Counted from the stretch's first letter, positions 29,923-43,287 are shown. The stretch: 64,000 bases of DNA from Candidatus Eiseniibacteriota bacterium (GCA_963725865.1 CAVSAC010000012.1:64001-128000), one strand, 5' to 3'. The notes: a model not told the origin generated them from the sequence alone. A program made the numbers and translations.

Positions 29923-31476
29923 TCAGCCCTTCGCCACGTACGCGCCCGGGAACTTCGCCAGGAACGCGATCGCGTGGCGCAGCTCGCGCTGGTCGAGCGC
30001 CTCGCCGATCTTGTGGGTGTTCTGCTCGATGCCGGTGCCCATGCCGAACATCGCGGCGTGGTGGTACGCGCCGGCGTCGATCCAGCGCTTGCTCGCCGGC
30101 ACGTCCAGCTCCGCGAGCGCCTTCGGCACCGGCCAGCCCACGCCGTCGGTCGAGAACACCCAGCGGTCGACGCGCGGCGCGCGCCGCAGCGAGCCGCCCT
30201 GCTCGCGCGGCTCCTCGACGTGCGGCGTGACGACCGCCTTCCACGCGTCGACGGCGGCCTGGATCGCGGGGTGCTGCTCGGGCGTGGCCCAGCCCATGTA
30301 GATCTGGGGATTGCCGGGCTTGAAGCCGCGCCAGGTGAGCTGGTCGTAGGTGGGCACGCCGATCTCGACCGCGAGCCCGGCGGCGCGCGCGGCCTTCACG
30401 CTGTCGAGCGCCTCGATCGTGGCGACCGCCATCTCGGGCGTCTCGCCGGCGGTGAGGCGGCGGTCGAAGCGGAACGTGAACGCCTCGGGCACCGCGCAGT
30501 CGCTCGGCGTGTCGAGGTGCGCCCACGACGCGGTGCGCGTGCCGCGCCCCAGGAACGCGTCGTCCAGCATGCCCGCGCCCTTCGCGTGCTGCTCGGCGGC
30601 CTCCTTCAGGATCGCGCCGCCGAACTCGAGCGGGTTCTTGCCCTCGTGCGGCATCGAGCCGTGGCACGACTTGCCGATCACCTTCACCTCGATCTGCATG
30701 CGCCCGCGCTGGCCGCGGTAGATGCCGAGCGCGCCCTTGCGCGAGTCGCCGGTCGAGTCGGTCAGGATCACCACGTCCGGGATCATCTCGGACGGAGCGC
30801 CGGGCAGCACGCGGCGCGTCAGATAGAGCGGGCCACCGCCGTCGTTGTCCTCTTCGGCGACGGTCGCGTACGAGCGCCAGATCACGCCGCGCAGCGCGCC
30901 CTCGCCGCGCAGCTCGTTCAGGATGCGCGAGGCGAACATCTGGCTCACGACGCCGCCGAGCTGGTCGGCGGAGCCGCGGCCGAACACGAGCTGGTCCCAC
31001 TCCGCGTCGGGCGGCAGGTAGCCGAGTTCGGTGCGCATCCAGTCGCGCTTGAGCTTCGCCGCGTCGACCAGCCCCAGGTAGGGATCGAGGCCGCCGGTCT
31101 TCTCGTGCCACTGCGTGCGCAGCGGCTTCACGGTGTCGCAGTGCCCGTCGAGGTAGACGACCTTCTTCTGTTCGCGCGGGATGCCGTCGGTCGGATCCTC
31201 GAGCGTCCACCACAGGTTGCCGAACGCGTCGACCCCGAGGTCCTCGGCGCCGGCGACCGCGCCGATCTCGAGCAGCGTGCGGCGCAGGTATTCGATGCGC
31301 GGCCCCTCGTGGTTGCTGAGGCCGCACTGCGGATCGCCGCCCTGCTCGACCGTGCGGTCGACGTGGTCGGCGGGGATGCGGATGGCCTCCTTCAGGACCT
31401 TCACCGCGAGCGGCAGGTCACGCGCGGCCAGCGCGGCGATGCGGGCGTCGAGCGCGGAAGGCGTCGCGGTGCTCAT
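29923..31476 (-). CDS. ygeY: YgeY-like M20 family metallo-amidohydrolase
   Basis: LDGHCDTV, GRGSADQ, EED, IYRGQRGR..G.SCHGS.P..G.N, W.FSTDGV, H..GE; ATGA-coupled to ygeW. Confidence 0.75.
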   Translation of the reverse strand: MSTATPSALDARIAALAARDLPLAVKVLKEAIRIPADHVDRTVEQGGDPQCGLSNHEGPRIEYLRRTLLEIGAVAGAEDLGVDAFGNLWWTLEDPTDGIPREQKKVVYLDGHCDTVKPLRTQWHEKTGGLDPYLGLVDAAKLKRDWMRTELGYLPPDAEWDQLVFGRGSADQLGGVVSQMFASRILNELRGEGALRGVIWRSYATVAEEDNDGGGPLYLTRRVLPGAPSEMIPDVVILTDSTGDSRKGALGIYRGQRGRMQIEVKVIGKSCHGSMPHEGKNPLEFGGAILKEAAEQHAKGAGMLDDAFLGRGTRTASWAHLDTPSDCAVPEAFTFRFDRRLTAGETPEMAVATIEALDSVKAARAAGLAVEIGVPTYDQLTWRGFKPGNPQIYMGWATPEQHPAIQAAVDAWKAVVTPHVEEPREQGGSLRRAPRVDRWVFSTDGVGWPVPKALAELDVPASKRWIDAGAYHHAAMFGMGTGIEQNTHKIGEALDQRELRHAIAFLAKFPGAYVAKG

Positions 31477-32621
31477 CGCAGCGCCCCCTCGAGGCGCGCC
31501 GCGAGGTCCGGCAGCTTGGCCACCGCGAGCATCGCCATGACGACGTACATCTTCTTGTTCGCCTCGCGCGCCACGTTCACGCGGTGCTTGTCCATCACGC
31601 CGTGCGTGACCTCGTCGCCGATGTCGGCCGGCAGGCAGTGCAGGTACATCGCGTCGCCCCGCTGCGTCAGCGCCATGCGCCGCTCGTCGCAGATCCAGCT
31701 CTTGTACTTGGCATTGCGCTCCAGCGCGCGCTTCTCGATGTCGCCCATGCGGGCCTTGTCGCGGGCCTGGTTGGCCGCCACGCGCTCGAGCATCAGGTCG
31801 TACGGGCCCCACGATTTGGGGTAGACCGCGTGCGCGCCGCGGAACGCCTCGTCCATGTCGTCCACGATCCGGAACGAGCCGCCCGAGGCCGCGGCGTGGC
31901 GCGCCGCGGTCTGCATCGTGTCGTCCATCAGGCGATAGCCCGCGGGGTGCGCCAGCACCACCTCGGCGCCGTAGCGCGTCATCAGCATCGCGATGCCCTG
32001 CGGCACCGACAGCGGCTTGGCGTACGAGGGCGAGTACGCCCACGTCATCGCGATCTTCTTGCCCTTCAGCCCGTCGGGGAACACCTGCTTGAGCCACAGC
32101 AGGTCGGCGAGCGTCTGGGTCGGATGGTCGATGTCGCACTGCAGGTTCACCACCGGCACCTGGCGCGGATCCGCGGTCGCGGCGAGGTAGTCGCCGATGC
32201 CCTTGTGCACCGCGCGCATGAAGCGGTTGCCCTCGCCCAGGATGAGGTCGTGGCGGATGCCGAGCGCGTGCGAGTTCATGCCCAGCATCGCGCCGGTCTC
32301 CTCGGCGGTCTCGCCGTGCTCGACCTGGGTCGAGGAGCCGTCCACGATCACCGGCCGCATGCCCAGGCGCGACGCGGCGCCGGCCCACGCCGACTTGGTG
32401 CGCGTCGAGTTGTCGAAGAACATCGCGTACGCCAGCTCGTCCGGCAGGAACGCCGCGGAGCGATGCGCGCGGTCGATCGCCTCGAAGCGCGCGGCGACCG
32501 CGAGCAGCGTGTCGATCTCGGGAGTGCTCCAGTCGCTCGTCAGCAGCAGGCTGCGCCCGTGCAACGCGTGCAGCACGTCCCCATCGAGGGCCGGCAGGGC
32601 CGGGGTGGCGGTCGGATTCAT
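31473..32621 (-). CDS. ygeW: Knotted carbamoyltransferase YgeW family
   Basis: DNSTRT, HGET, NLQCDIDHPTQ, TWAYSPSYAKPLSVPQG, YPKSW, HCLPAD. Confidence 0.88.
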   Translation of the reverse strand: MNPTATPALPALDGDVLHALHGRSLLLTSDWSTPEIDTLLAVAARFEAIDRAHRSAAFLPDELAYAMFFDNSTRTKSAWAGAASRLGMRPVIVDGSSTQVEHGETAEETGAMLGMNSHALGIRHDLILGEGNRFMRAVHKGIGDYLAATADPRQVPVVNLQCDIDHPTQTLADLLWLKQVFPDGLKGKKIAMTWAYSPSYAKPLSVPQGIAMLMTRYGAEVVLAHPAGYRLMDDTMQTAARHAAASGGSFRIVDDMDEAFRGAHAVYPKSWGPYDLMLERVAANQARDKARMGDIEKRALERNAKYKSWICDERRMALTQRGDAMYLHCLPADIGDEVTHGVMDKHRVNVAREANKKMYVVMAMLAVAKLPDLAARLEGALR

Positions 32622-32622
32622 G

Positions 32623-33594
32623 TCACGACTCCTTGCGGATGCGGGTGCCGGCGTTGCCGTCGAAGGCTTCGACGAGCGCCTCGGGATGGCAGACGACGAC
32701 CTCCTCGCCGCCGCGCGCGAGGAAGTACAGGGCGGCTTCGATCTTGGGGCCCATGCTGCCGGGCGGGAACTGCTTCGCCGCGGCCATCGCCTGCAGCTCG
32801 GAGATGGTGGTCTCGCGCAGCGCGGTGCGCTTGTCGGTGAGGTAGTCGCGGTACACCGCGTCGACGCCGGTCGTGATCACCATGCGCTTGACGCCCAGCC
32901 GCACCGCCAGCAGCGCGCTCGCGCGGTCCTTGTCGATGACCGCCTCGAGGCCGCGGATGTGGCCCTCGGCGTCACGCATGACCGGGATGCCGCCGCCGCC
33001 GCACGCGATCACGGTGACGTCGTCGTCGACCAGGCGGCGGATGGTGTCGAGCTGCACGATCTCGATCGGCGCGGGGCTCGCCACCACGCGGCGCCAGCCG
33101 CGGTTGGAGTCCTCGACGATGTCCCAGTGCCGCGCGGCCTTCAGCGCGTTCGCCTCGGCCTCGGTGTAGAACTTGCCGATCGGCTTGGTGGGCTCGTGGA
33201 ACGCCTTGTCGTTCGGGTCGACTTCGACCTCGGTCACGATGGTGGCGACCTCGACCGCGATCCCGCGCTGGCGCAGCACCTCGCGCAGGCCGCGCTGGAT
33301 CATGTAGCCGATCGCGCCCTGCGAGTCGGCGACCAGCGAATCGAGCGGCACCTCGTGGATGTGCTCCTTGGCCATCTCGACCCGCAGCTGCATGAAGCCG
33401 ACCTGCGGGCCGTTGCCGTGCGTGAGCACCAGGTGCTCGCCGCGGCCGATGAGCACGGCGATGGGCGCCACCGCGCGGGCGGTGACGGCGAACTGGTTGG
33501 CGACGGTGGGTGGGAGCTTCGGATCCAGCAGCGAGTTCCCACCCATGGCGATGACGGTGGGAAGTCTATGAGTGCGACCTTGAGTGGTGTGCAT
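32623..33594 (-). CDS. arcC: Carbamate kinase (YqeA/ArcC)
   Basis: [47 protein letters not shown]. Confidence 0.95.
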   Translation of the reverse strand: MHTTQGRTHRLPTVIAMGGNSLLDPKLPPTVANQFAVTARAVAPIAVLIGRGEHLVLTHGNGPQVGFMQLRVEMAKEHIHEVPLDSLVADSQGAIGYMIQRGLREVLRQRGIAVEVATIVTEVEVDPNDKAFHEPTKPIGKFYTEAEANALKAARHWDIVEDSNRGWRRVVASPAPIEIVQLDTIRRLVDDDVTVIACGGGGIPVMRDAEGHIRGLEAVIDKDRASALLAVRLGVKRMVITTGVDAVYRDYLTDKRTALRETTISELQAMAAAKQFPPGSMGPKIEAALYFLARGGEEVVVCHPEALVEAFDGNAGTRIRKES

Positions 33595-33680
33595 AGGCCT
33601 GCGAGTATCGCGCAGGCATGCGAGCACCGGCAAACACCGGCTCCGCTGGCAGGCGTTCCCCGCTAGGAATCGACAAGTCC

Positions 33681-34067
33681 ATGACGACCGCCCACTTCAT
33701 CCTGTACGTCGCCGATCAGCGGCGCAGCAGCGCGTTCTACGAGCGCGTGCTGTCGCTCGCGCCGCGCCTGGACGTGCCGGGGATGACCGAGTTCGCGCTC
33801 GCCGGCGGGGCGGTGCTGGGCCTCATGCCGGAGGCCGGCATCCGGCGGCTGCTGGGCCCGACGCTGCCGGATCCCGGCCTCGCGCGCGGCGTGCCGCGTG
33901 CCGAGCTCTACCTGATCGTGGACGACGCGGCCGCGCATCACGCGCGCGCGCTCGCGGCCGGCGCGCGCGAGCTGAGCGCGCTCGCCGCGCGCGACTGGGG
34001 CCATCGCGCCGCCTACGCGCTCGATCCGGACGGCCACGTGGTCGCGTTCGCGGAGGTCGGATCGTGA
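33681..34067 (+). CDS. VOC/glyoxalase family protein
   Basis: ILYVAD..S..FY, ELYL.V, WG.R.AY..DPDGHV. Confidence 0.85.
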   Translation: MTTAHFILYVADQRRSSAFYERVLSLAPRLDVPGMTEFALAGGAVLGLMPEAGIRRLLGPTLPDPGLARGVPRAELYLIVDDAAAHHARALAAGARELSALAARDWGHRAAYALDPDGHVVAFAEVGS

Positions 34068-34852
34068 GCGGCGGGCCGCTCGACGTCGTCGCGCACAACC
34101 GCGCCGCGTGGGACCGGCTGGTGGCATCGGGCAACCGCTGGACCGTGCCGGTGGCGCCCGAGGTGATCGCGGCGGCGCGCGCTGGTGCATGGTCGGTGGT
34201 GCTCACACCCGCGAAGCCGGTGCCGCGCGACTGGTTCGGCGAGCTGCGCGATCGCGACCTGCTCGCGCTCGCCTCCGGCGGCGGCCAGCAGGCTCCGGTG
34301 CTCGCCGCGGCCGGCGCGCGCGTCACGGTGTTCGACAACTCGCCGGCCCAGCTCGCGCGCGATCGCGAGGTGGCCGCGCGCGACGGGCTCGCGCTGCGCG
34401 TCGAGCTCGGCGACATGCGCGACCTGTCGCGCTTCGCGGAGGCGTCGTTCGACCTGGTGTTCCACCCGGTCTCGAACGTGTTCTGCCCCGAGATCCGCCC
34501 GGTGTGGCGCGAGTGCTTCCGCGTGCTGCGGCACGGCGGCCGCCTGCTCGCGGGTTTCTGCGACCCGGCGCTCTACATCTTCGACCCCGAGCCGCTCGAG
34601 CGCGGGGAGTTCGTGGTGCGCCACGGCGTGCCCTACTCCGATCTCGCGTCGCTCGCGCCCGCGGAGCTGGCGCGGCGCGTCGCCGCGGGCGAGCCACTCG
34701 AGTTCGGCCACACGCTCGAGGATCAGATCGGCGGCCAGTGCGACGCCGGCTTCGCGATCACCGGCATGTACGGCGACGGCTGGCCCGATCATCCGGCCGG
34801 CGGCCGGATGCCGCTGTTCCTCGCGACCCTGGCGGTCAAGCCCGGGGATTGA
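34064..34852 (+). CDS. Class I SAM-dependent methyltransferase
   Basis: [38 protein letters not shown] overlap. Confidence 0.9.
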   Translation: MSGGPLDVVAHNRAAWDRLVASGNRWTVPVAPEVIAAARAGAWSVVLTPAKPVPRDWFGELRDRDLLALASGGGQQAPVLAAAGARVTVFDNSPAQLARDREVAARDGLALRVELGDMRDLSRFAEASFDLVFHPVSNVFCPEIRPVWRECFRVLRHGGRLLAGFCDPALYIFDPEPLERGEFVVRHGVPYSDLASLAPAELARRVAAGEPLEFGHTLEDQIGGQCDAGFAITGMYGDGWPDHPAGGRMPLFLATLAVKPGD

Positions 34853-34993
34853 GGCGCCCGCCGTCCGTCCGGGCGGATTCGGGCGGCCGAGCGAATCGGC
34901 TGGCTGCGGAAATACAGGTCGGTGCCGCCGGCCTTGCCCGCCCGTGCCGCGGCCTCTAGCATCGCGGCATTCCTCGCTCCGCCGGAGACCGCC

Positions 34994-36520
34994 ATGCCCG
35001 CCACGACGTTCCCGCCGCTCGTCGATCTCGAGGATGCCGCGCCGCGCTCCGCGGTGGTCACCGCGGGCGCCGCCGAGGAGCGCGCGTTCCTCGACCACCT
35101 GCGCGCCGGCGTGATCGGCGTCGATGCGCGCCTGCACACGCCCGAGGGCGAGCGGCCGCTGCTCTACTTCGACTACGTGGCGTCCGGGCGCTTCCATCGT
35201 GCGGTCGAGGACGAGCTCAACACGCGCGTGCTGCCGTTCATGGCCAACACGCACACCGAGACCTCGGCCACCGGCCGGCTGATGACGCGCTACTACGAGC
35301 AGGCGTTCCGCCGCATCGCCGGGTACGTGAACGCCGACGCCGGCGACGTGGTGCTGCCGGTGGGCTCGGGCTCGACCGGGGCGGTGAACCGGCTCATCCA
35401 GGTCATGGGCCTGCGCATCCCGTCGCAGCTCGACGACCGCTACGCGTTCTCGCGCAGCATCCCCGCGCACGAGCGGCCGGTGGTGTTCCGCAGCCAGATG
35501 GAGCACCACAGCAACGACATCACCTGGCGCGAGACCGTGGCCGAGACGGTCTACGTGGAGTTCGACGCGCACGGCCGCATCTCGGCCGCGCACCTCGACG
35601 CCGCGCTCGATCGCTTCCGCGACCGCCGGCTCAAGATCGGGACGTTCTCCGCGGCCTCGAACGTGACCGGCATCCGCAACGACTGCGCGGCCCTCGCGCG
35701 GGTGCTGCACCGTCACGGGGCGCTCGCGTTCTTCGACTACGCCGCCGCCGGCCCGTACGTGGACATCGACCTGCACCCGGCGCGCGCCGACGGCACGCCC
35801 GACGTCGAGGCGGCGCTGGACGCGGTGTTCCTGTCGACCCACAAGTTCCTCGGCGGCCCGCGCACGCCCGGACTGCTGATCGCGAGCCGGCGGCTGTTCT
35901 CGAACCGCGTGCCGGCCGAGCCCGGCGGCGGCACGGTGCTGTACGTGTCGCCCACCGAGCACGAGTACGTGCAGGACACCTCGCACCGCGAGACCGGCGG
36001 CACGCCGCCGATCGTGGGCGCCATCCAGGCCGGACTGGTGTTCGACCTCAAGCACGCGATCGGCACCGAGCGCATCCGCCGCGTCGATGCCGACTACCTG
36101 CGCCGCGCGCTCGCGGCGTGGACGCGCGACCCGCGGCTGCACATCCTCGGGCACCTCGAGGCCGAGCGCCTCGCGGTGGTGTCGCTGATCGTCGAGGGGC
36201 TCCACCACAACCTGGCGGTGGCGCTGCTGAACGACTACTTCGGCATCCAGGCGCGCGGCGGTTGCATGTGCGCGGGACCCTACGGGCACGAGCTGCTCCA
36301 CATCGACGGCGAGGTCTCCGCCGCGATCAAGCACCAGCTCGAGCTGGGCCACGGCAGCGTCAGGCCCGGCTGGGTGCGCATCTGCTTCTCGCCCGCGACC
36401 AGCGAGCAGGAGTTCCAGACCCTGCTCGAGGCGGTGGCGTGGCTCTCGACCCGCGGACTCGAGCAGGCGGGCCGCTACCGCATGGTGGACGAGACCGGCG
36501 AGTGGCGGCGCGTGGGATGA
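34994..36520 (+). CDS. Fold-type I PLP enzyme, aminotransferase class V / cysteine desulfurase-like
   Basis: YFDYVAS, EHHSN, SNVTG, DYAA, STHKFLGG (PLP Lys), RGGCMCA. Confidence 0.88.
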   Translation: MPATTFPPLVDLEDAAPRSAVVTAGAAEERAFLDHLRAGVIGVDARLHTPEGERPLLYFDYVASGRFHRAVEDELNTRVLPFMANTHTETSATGRLMTRYYEQAFRRIAGYVNADAGDVVLPVGSGSTGAVNRLIQVMGLRIPSQLDDRYAFSRSIPAHERPVVFRSQMEHHSNDITWRETVAETVYVEFDAHGRISAAHLDAALDRFRDRRLKIGTFSAASNVTGIRNDCAALARVLHRHGALAFFDYAAAGPYVDIDLHPARADGTPDVEAALDAVFLSTHKFLGGPRTPGLLIASRRLFSNRVPAEPGGGTVLYVSPTEHEYVQDTSHRETGGTPPIVGAIQAGLVFDLKHAIGTERIRRVDADYLRRALAAWTRDPRLHILGHLEAERLAVVSLIVEGLHHNLAVALLNDYFGIQARGGCMCAGPYGHELLHIDGEVSAAIKHQLELGHGSVRPGWVRICFSPATSEQEFQTLLEAVAWLSTRGLEQAGRYRMVDETGEWRRVG

Positions 36521-37761
36521 GGCCGAGCGCTCCGGCAGATCCGGGCGGAGTCGCGCCGGCGCAGGCGCCCGCGGTCGCGTTCATCCTGCGTCTGCTGCGC
36601 GCGCTGCACGCGTACGGCGCGCCCGCGCACCGGCTCGAGGCGGTGGCGCGCTCGCTGGCCGCGCGGCTCGGGCTCGAGGGGCACATCTTCTCGACCCCGA
36701 CCGCGATCATCGCCTCGTTCGCCCCGCCCGAGGAGGGCGTGACCTCGCTGCTGCGCGTGGAGCCGGGCGGCGTGCACCTCGAGAAGCTCGCGCGCCTCGA
36801 TGCGCTCATCGATCGCGTCACCGTGGGCGAGTCCGCTCCCGAGCGGGCGGCGGTCGAGGTCGACGCCATCGTCGGCACGCCCGAGCGCTACGGCGCCGCG
36901 CTGACGCTGGCCTGCTACGGACTCTCGTCCGCCTCGGTGGCGCGCTACTTCGATGGCGGCTGGCGCGAGATGGCGGTGGCGGGCGGCTGTGGGCTGGTCA
37001 CCGGCCTGTGCATGCGGCTGGCCGAGCGCCGCCCGGGATTCGTGCGTGTCGCCGAGCCCGCCGCGGCACTGGCCGTTGCGCTGCTCGCCACGCTCGCGGC
37101 CCGATGGATCGCGCCGCTCTCGCCGCGGCCGGCCGCCATCGCCGGGGTGATCGCGCTGGTGCCGGGTTTCACGGTCACCATCGCGATGACCGAGCTGGGC
37201 ACGCAGCACCTGGTGTCGGGCACCACGCGGCTGGCGGGCGCGACGATGTCGCTCATGACGCTCGGCTTCGGGCTCGCGCTCGGCTTCGGGATCGCGCAGC
37301 GCCTCACCGGCGGGACGCTGCTCGGCGCCACCGCGGCGCTGCCGGCGTGGAGCCTGTGGGCCTGCGTGCCGGTCACGCTGTTCGCGCTCACCGTGACTTT
37401 CCGCGCGGCGCCCGATGCGTTCCCGGCCATCCTCGCGGTGGGCGGACTCGCGTTCGTCGCGGTGCGCGTGGTGGGAGCGGCGTTCGGGCCGGAGCTGGGG
37501 ATGTTCATCGCCGCGTTCCTCGCCGGCTCGGCCGCGAACGTCTACGCCCGCCTCTACCGCCAGCCGGCCGCGGTGCCGCTGGTGCCCGCCATCCTGCTGG
37601 TGGTGCCCGGCAGCCTGGGGCTGCGCTCGTTCACCTCGCTGGCCGAGCACGCGGTGGCGCTCGGCGCCGAACTGTCGTTCCGGCTGGTGCTGCTCGCGTT
37701 CGCGCTGGCCGCTGGACTGGTATTCAGCACCGTCGCGGTGCCGCCGCGGCGATCGCTGTAG
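36517..37761 (+). CDS. Threonine/serine exporter (ThrE family)
   Basis: [10 protein letters not shown]-terminus, about 10 TM, two LVPG motifs; ATGA-coupled. Confidence 0.85.
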   Translation: MRPSAPADPGGVAPAQAPAVAFILRLLRALHAYGAPAHRLEAVARSLAARLGLEGHIFSTPTAIIASFAPPEEGVTSLLRVEPGGVHLEKLARLDALIDRVTVGESAPERAAVEVDAIVGTPERYGAALTLACYGLSSASVARYFDGGWREMAVAGGCGLVTGLCMRLAERRPGFVRVAEPAAALAVALLATLAARWIAPLSPRPAAIAGVIALVPGFTVTIAMTELGTQHLVSGTTRLAGATMSLMTLGFGLALGFGIAQRLTGGTLLGATAALPAWSLWACVPVTLFALTVTFRAAPDAFPAILAVGGLAFVAVRVVGAAFGPELGMFIAAFLAGSAANVYARLYRQPAAVPLVPAILLVVPGSLGLRSFTSLAEHAVALGAELSFRLVLLAFALAAGLVFSTVAVPPRRSL

Positions 37762-37912
37762 CCCGACTCGCGCCGCAGCGGCGCCCGCCCGCCCGGCCGC
37801 TCGCCGGACCCCGATTGCCGCGGCGGCGTCATTCGCGATACGGTTCACGCCCCGTCGCGGCCCCCCACGCGCCACGACCTCGAAGATCCGACGCCCCCGG
37901 AGGGGGCATGAC

Positions 37913-39408
<1,496 letters not shown>

Positions 39409-39412
<4 letters not shown>

Positions 39413-40828
39413 ACGCGCTCGGCGGCGTGCGGCTCGCGTGCGCGGGCTGTGGCGCGGCGGCGCGCGACGAGGACCCGTACCCGTTCCGCTGCGCGCGGGC
39501 GGATGAGGGCGATGTCGATCACGTTCTCGCGCGCACGCTGGTGCCCGGCCAGGTGCCGGCGCCGGCGCCGCACGCGAACCCGTTCGTGCGGTGGCGCGGC
39601 CGCCTGCGCGCGTGGCACCTGGCGCAGGCGGGCGGTCTCGCGGACGCCGACTTCGTCGCGCTGGTCGAGGCGCTCGACGCGCGCGTCGCCGCGGTCGACG
39701 GCCGCGGCTTCCGCGCCACGCCGCTCGCGCGCAGCGAGGTGTTCTCGCGCCGGCTCGGGTTCGCGCCGCGCGGCGGCGTGTGGGTGAAGGACGAGACCGG
39801 CAACGTGGCGGGCTCGCACAAGGCCCGGCACCTGGTTCGGGCTCGCGCTCCATCTCGAGGTGGCCGAGCGCCTCGGGCTCACGACGCGCGCGGAGAGCGA
39901 TCGGCGCGGCCTCGCGATCGCCTCGTGCGGCAACGCCGCGCTGGCCGCCGCGGTGGTGGCGCGCGCCACCGGGCGCCCGCTCGCGGTGTTCGTCCCGACC
40001 GACGCCGATCCGCGCGTGGTCGAGCGGCTCCACGCGCTGGGCGCGCGGATCGAGGTCTGCGAGCGCGCGGGCGGCGGGGCGGGCGACCCGTGCATCCACG
40101 CGTTCCGGCGCGCGGTCGCCGGCGGCGCGCTGCCGTTCTGCGTGCAGGGGAACGAGAACGGCCTCACGGTCGAGGGCGGGATGACGATCGCGTGGGAGCT
40201 GGCGGCCGACCTCGTCCGCCAGGAGGTGCGGCCCGAGCGGCTGTTCGTGCAGGTGGGGGGCGGAGCGCTCGCGAGCGCGTGCGCGCAGGGGTTGGCGGAG
40301 TGCGCGGCGCTCGACGGCGTCACGCTCGCGCCGCGGTTGCACGCGGTGCAGACGCGCGGCGCGATGCCGCTGCGGCGCGCGTTCGACCGCGTGCGCGGGC
40401 GCGCGTTCGGCGACGCCGGCGAGCCGCTGCCGACGCGCCCGGCCGAGGACGAGGCGCTCGCCCGCCAGCTCGCCACGCGGGATTCCGCGCGCGCCGTGCG
40501 CGAGGCGCTCGAGCACGCCCGCACCCACCGCAGCGTCTACATGTGGCCGGTGGAGCAGGCGCCGCACAGCGTCGCGCACGGCATCCTCGACGACGAGACG
40601 TACGACTGGTACGCCATCGTCGCCGCGATGCTCGAAGGCGGCGGCTACCCGGTGACGGCGGACGAGGCCACGCTGCTCGAGGCCGTGGCGCTCGCCGACG
40701 AGGCCGGCTTCCGCGCCGACGCCACCGGCTGCGCCGGCCTCGCGGGGCTGACGACGCTGCGCCGCGCGGGCGTGGTCCGCGACGACGAGCGCGTGGTGGT
40801 GCTGCTGACGGGGGCGCGGCGGGGGTAG
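39409..40828 (+). CDS. Threonine-synthase-like fold-type II PLP enzyme; frameshift near 39838
   Basis: N-terminal [47 protein letters not shown]-coupled. Confidence 0.8.
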
Positions 40829-40842
40829 GAGGGGCCGCGCGC

Positions 40843-43287
40843 TCACGGCCGCTCCGCTTCGGGTTCGACGCCCAACGTCTCCGCCCGCGCGGCGGCGACG
40901 CTGTCGGCGCGCATCTGGTCCTCGTAGATGCGCTGCCAGTCCATCGCGTGGTCGCGCGTGCACTCGGCGGTGGGCGCGCTGCCCTTCACGAACGGCACCC
41001 GCATCGGCGAGGGGCAGTCACCGCGCGCGCGGCCGCCGGTGAACGGATCGATCCAGACCACTTCGAGATCGTCGCGCGCCGGGAACGGGGCCGGCGGCGA
41101 GTTCTGCGTCATCGCGCGCACGATGCCCGCCCACACCGGGAGCGCCACCTCCGCCGCGGGGCGCTGGAGGTCCCTGGGCGTGTCGTAGCCGACCCACACG
41201 CCGGCCGCGAACTCGCGCGTGAAGCCGACGAACCAGGTGTCGTTGTGATCGTTGGTCGTCCCGGTCTTGCCCGCGACGCCCTGCGTGAATCCGAATCGCG
41301 AGCGCAGCGGATAGCCGACCCCGAAGATCACGACGTCCTCGAGCAGCCCGGTCATCAGCGCCGCCGTGCGCTCGCTGATCACCCGGCTGGGGGCCGGGCG
41401 CGCGTGGAGCAGGTCGCGCCCGCGGCCGTCGAGCGCGGCGCGGACCGGGCTGGGCGCGCGCCACAGCCCGCCGGCGGGGAACACGCCGTAGGCGCCGGTG
41501 AGCGCCAGCAGCGTGACCTCGCTGGTGCCGAGTCCGACGCTGGGCACCGCTTGCGTGTGGCCGAGGCCGAAGCGCTCGCAGTAGCGCGCCACCGTGCCGG
41601 CGCCGATGCGCTCCACCACGTTCGCGGTCGCCACGTTCAGCGAGCGCGCGAGGGCCTTTGCGAGCGTAACGATCTCGTGGTAGTCGCCCTCGTTGTTCTG
41701 CGGCTTCCATGGGCCTTGGGGGGTGGCGAACTCGCGCCGCAGATCGGGCACTGTCGAGGCGGGCGTGAGCGCGGCCCCGCCGCGCGCGGGATCGAGCGCG
41801 GCCGTGTACACGATCGCCTTGATCGCCGAGCCCGGCTGCCGGCGCGCGTGGGTGGCGCGGTTGAAGTCGCCCTCGGTGGGATCGCGTCCGCCGACCATCG
41901 CGCGCACCTCGCCGCGCGCGGGGTCGATCGCCACGAACGCGCCTTGCAGCGGCTCGGCGCCGCGCCCGCGCCAGCGCTCCTGCTCGGCCACGCCGGCGGC
42001 GAGCTGGCGCTCCGCGGCCGCCTGCCACACCGGGTCGACGGTGGTCATGAGCGCCAGCCCGCCGCCGATCGCGGTCGCGCGCGGCAGCGCGGCGCGCACC
42101 TGCTCGCGCAGGTAGCCGGTGAACGACGGGAAGCGCTCGGCGGGCGGGGGGCCGCGATGCACCACGAGTGGCTCGGTCCGCACGCGAGCGGCCGCGGCCG
42201 CCTCAAGTGCTCCGGTCTGCACCATGTCGACCAGCACGGCGTCGCGCCGCTGGCGCGCGGCGCGCGGATTGCGGAACGGCGAGTACGCGTTGGGCGCCGG
42301 GATGATGCCGGCGAGCAGCGCCGCCTGCGCCACGGTGAGCGACTCGACCGGCGCGTCGAAGTAGAAGCGTGCCGCCTCGGCCGCGCCCGCCACGCCGCCG
42401 CGCGCGTCCTGTCCCCAGTAGACCGAGTTCAGGTACATCTCGAGGATCTGGTCCTTCGAGAGCAGGATCTCCAGGCCCGCCGCCAGAAAGATCTCCCGCA
42501 CCTTGCGGTCGAACGTGCGCTGGCGGCCGAGGAACAGCCCGCGCGCCAGCTGCTGCGTGATGGTGCTGCCGCCCTGGCGCACGGCGCCCGCCTCGACGTT
42601 GGTGAGCAGCGCGCGCAAGTTCGACTTGAGGTCGAAGCCCAGGTGCGAGCGGAAGCGTCGGTCCTCCGACGCCACCACCGCGTCGCGCAGCGCGCGTGGG
42701 ATGCGTTCGAGTGGCACCCACGAGCGGCGCACGCGGTCGCGATCGAGCAGCAGCGCGACCAGCACAGGCTCCAGGCGCGCCGGCCGCGCGGTGTCCGGCG
42801 GGAGCGCGCCCGGCAGCCCGCCGAGCCGCTCGAGTGCTGCGAGCCGACCCTCCGCGATGCGCAGGCGCACCCGCTCCGGCCCGCCGTGGCCGGCGGGATC
42901 GGGCGCGTCGTGGAAGCCGTTCAGCAGGATCTCGGCGCGCGCGCCGTCGAGCGCGTAGGTGCCCGGCCGCACCAGCGGCGGGCGCGCGGTCTGATAGCCG
43001 CGGGCCGCGAGCGCGGCGCGCAGGTAGTCGGGCGACAGCGTGCGGCCCGGCACCAGGTCCACGCCGTCCGAGTACACGCGGGAGGGGAACACCCACGCGG
43101 GCCCGGTCGCGTGGCGATCGCGCAGCGCGCCGAGCTTGAGCGCGAATCCGATGAACGACGCGATCAGCGCGAGCGGGATCAGCGCGAGCAGGCCGAGCAC
43201 CAGCGCGCGACGGCGGCCCGGCGGCGGCAGGCGGCGCGCCAGGCGCGAGGACGGCGAGCGGATCGCGGTGACGAAGGTGGGTTCCAA
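40843..43287 (-). CDS. mrcB: Class A penicillin-binding protein, PBP1B-like
   Basis: N-terminal TM, UB2H-like region, EDRRF..H, GGSTITQQ, RK..E, YLN; SAIK (SxxK), SLN, KTG. Confidence 0.85.
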   Translation of the reverse strand: MEPTFVTAIRSPSSRLARRLPPPGRRRALVLGLLALIPLALIASFIGFALKLGALRDRHATGPAWVFPSRVYSDGVDLVPGRTLSPDYLRAALAARGYQTARPPLVRPGTYALDGARAEILLNGFHDAPDPAGHGGPERVRLRIAEGRLAALERLGGLPGALPPDTARPARLEPVLVALLLDRDRVRRSWVPLERIPRALRDAVVASEDRRFRSHLGFDLKSNLRALLTNVEAGAVRQGGSTITQQLARGLFLGRQRTFDRKVREIFLAAGLEILLSKDQILEMYLNSVYWGQDARGGVAGAAEAARFYFDAPVESLTVAQAALLAGIIPAPNAYSPFRNPRAARQRRDAVLVDMVQTGALEAAAAARVRTEPLVVHRGPPPAERFPSFTGYLREQVRAALPRATAIGGGLALMTTVDPVWQAAAERQLAAGVAEQERWRGRGAEPLQGAFVAIDPARGEVRAMVGGRDPTEGDFNRATHARRQPGSAIKAIVYTAALDPARGGAALTPASTVPDLRREFATPQGPWKPQNNEGDYHEIVTLAKALARSLNVATANVVERIGAGTVARYCERFGLGHTQAVPSVGLGTSEVTLLALTGAYGVFPAGGLWRAPSPVRAALDGRGRDLLHARPAPSRVISERTAALMTGLLEDVVIFGVGYPLRSRFGFTQGVAGKTGTTNDHNDTWFVGFTREFAAGVWVGYDTPRDLQRPAAEVALPVWAGIVRAMTQNSPPAPFPARDDLEVVWIDPFTGGRARGDCPSPMRVPFVKGSAPTAECTRDHAMDWQRIYEDQMRADSVAAARAETLGVEPEAERP

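Noticed and set aside
31473..33594. Arginine deiminase pathway (arcB-arcC)
   Set aside because: The carbamoyltransferase has YgeW signatures (DNSTRT, AYSPSY.KPLSVPQG); no arcA or arcD here
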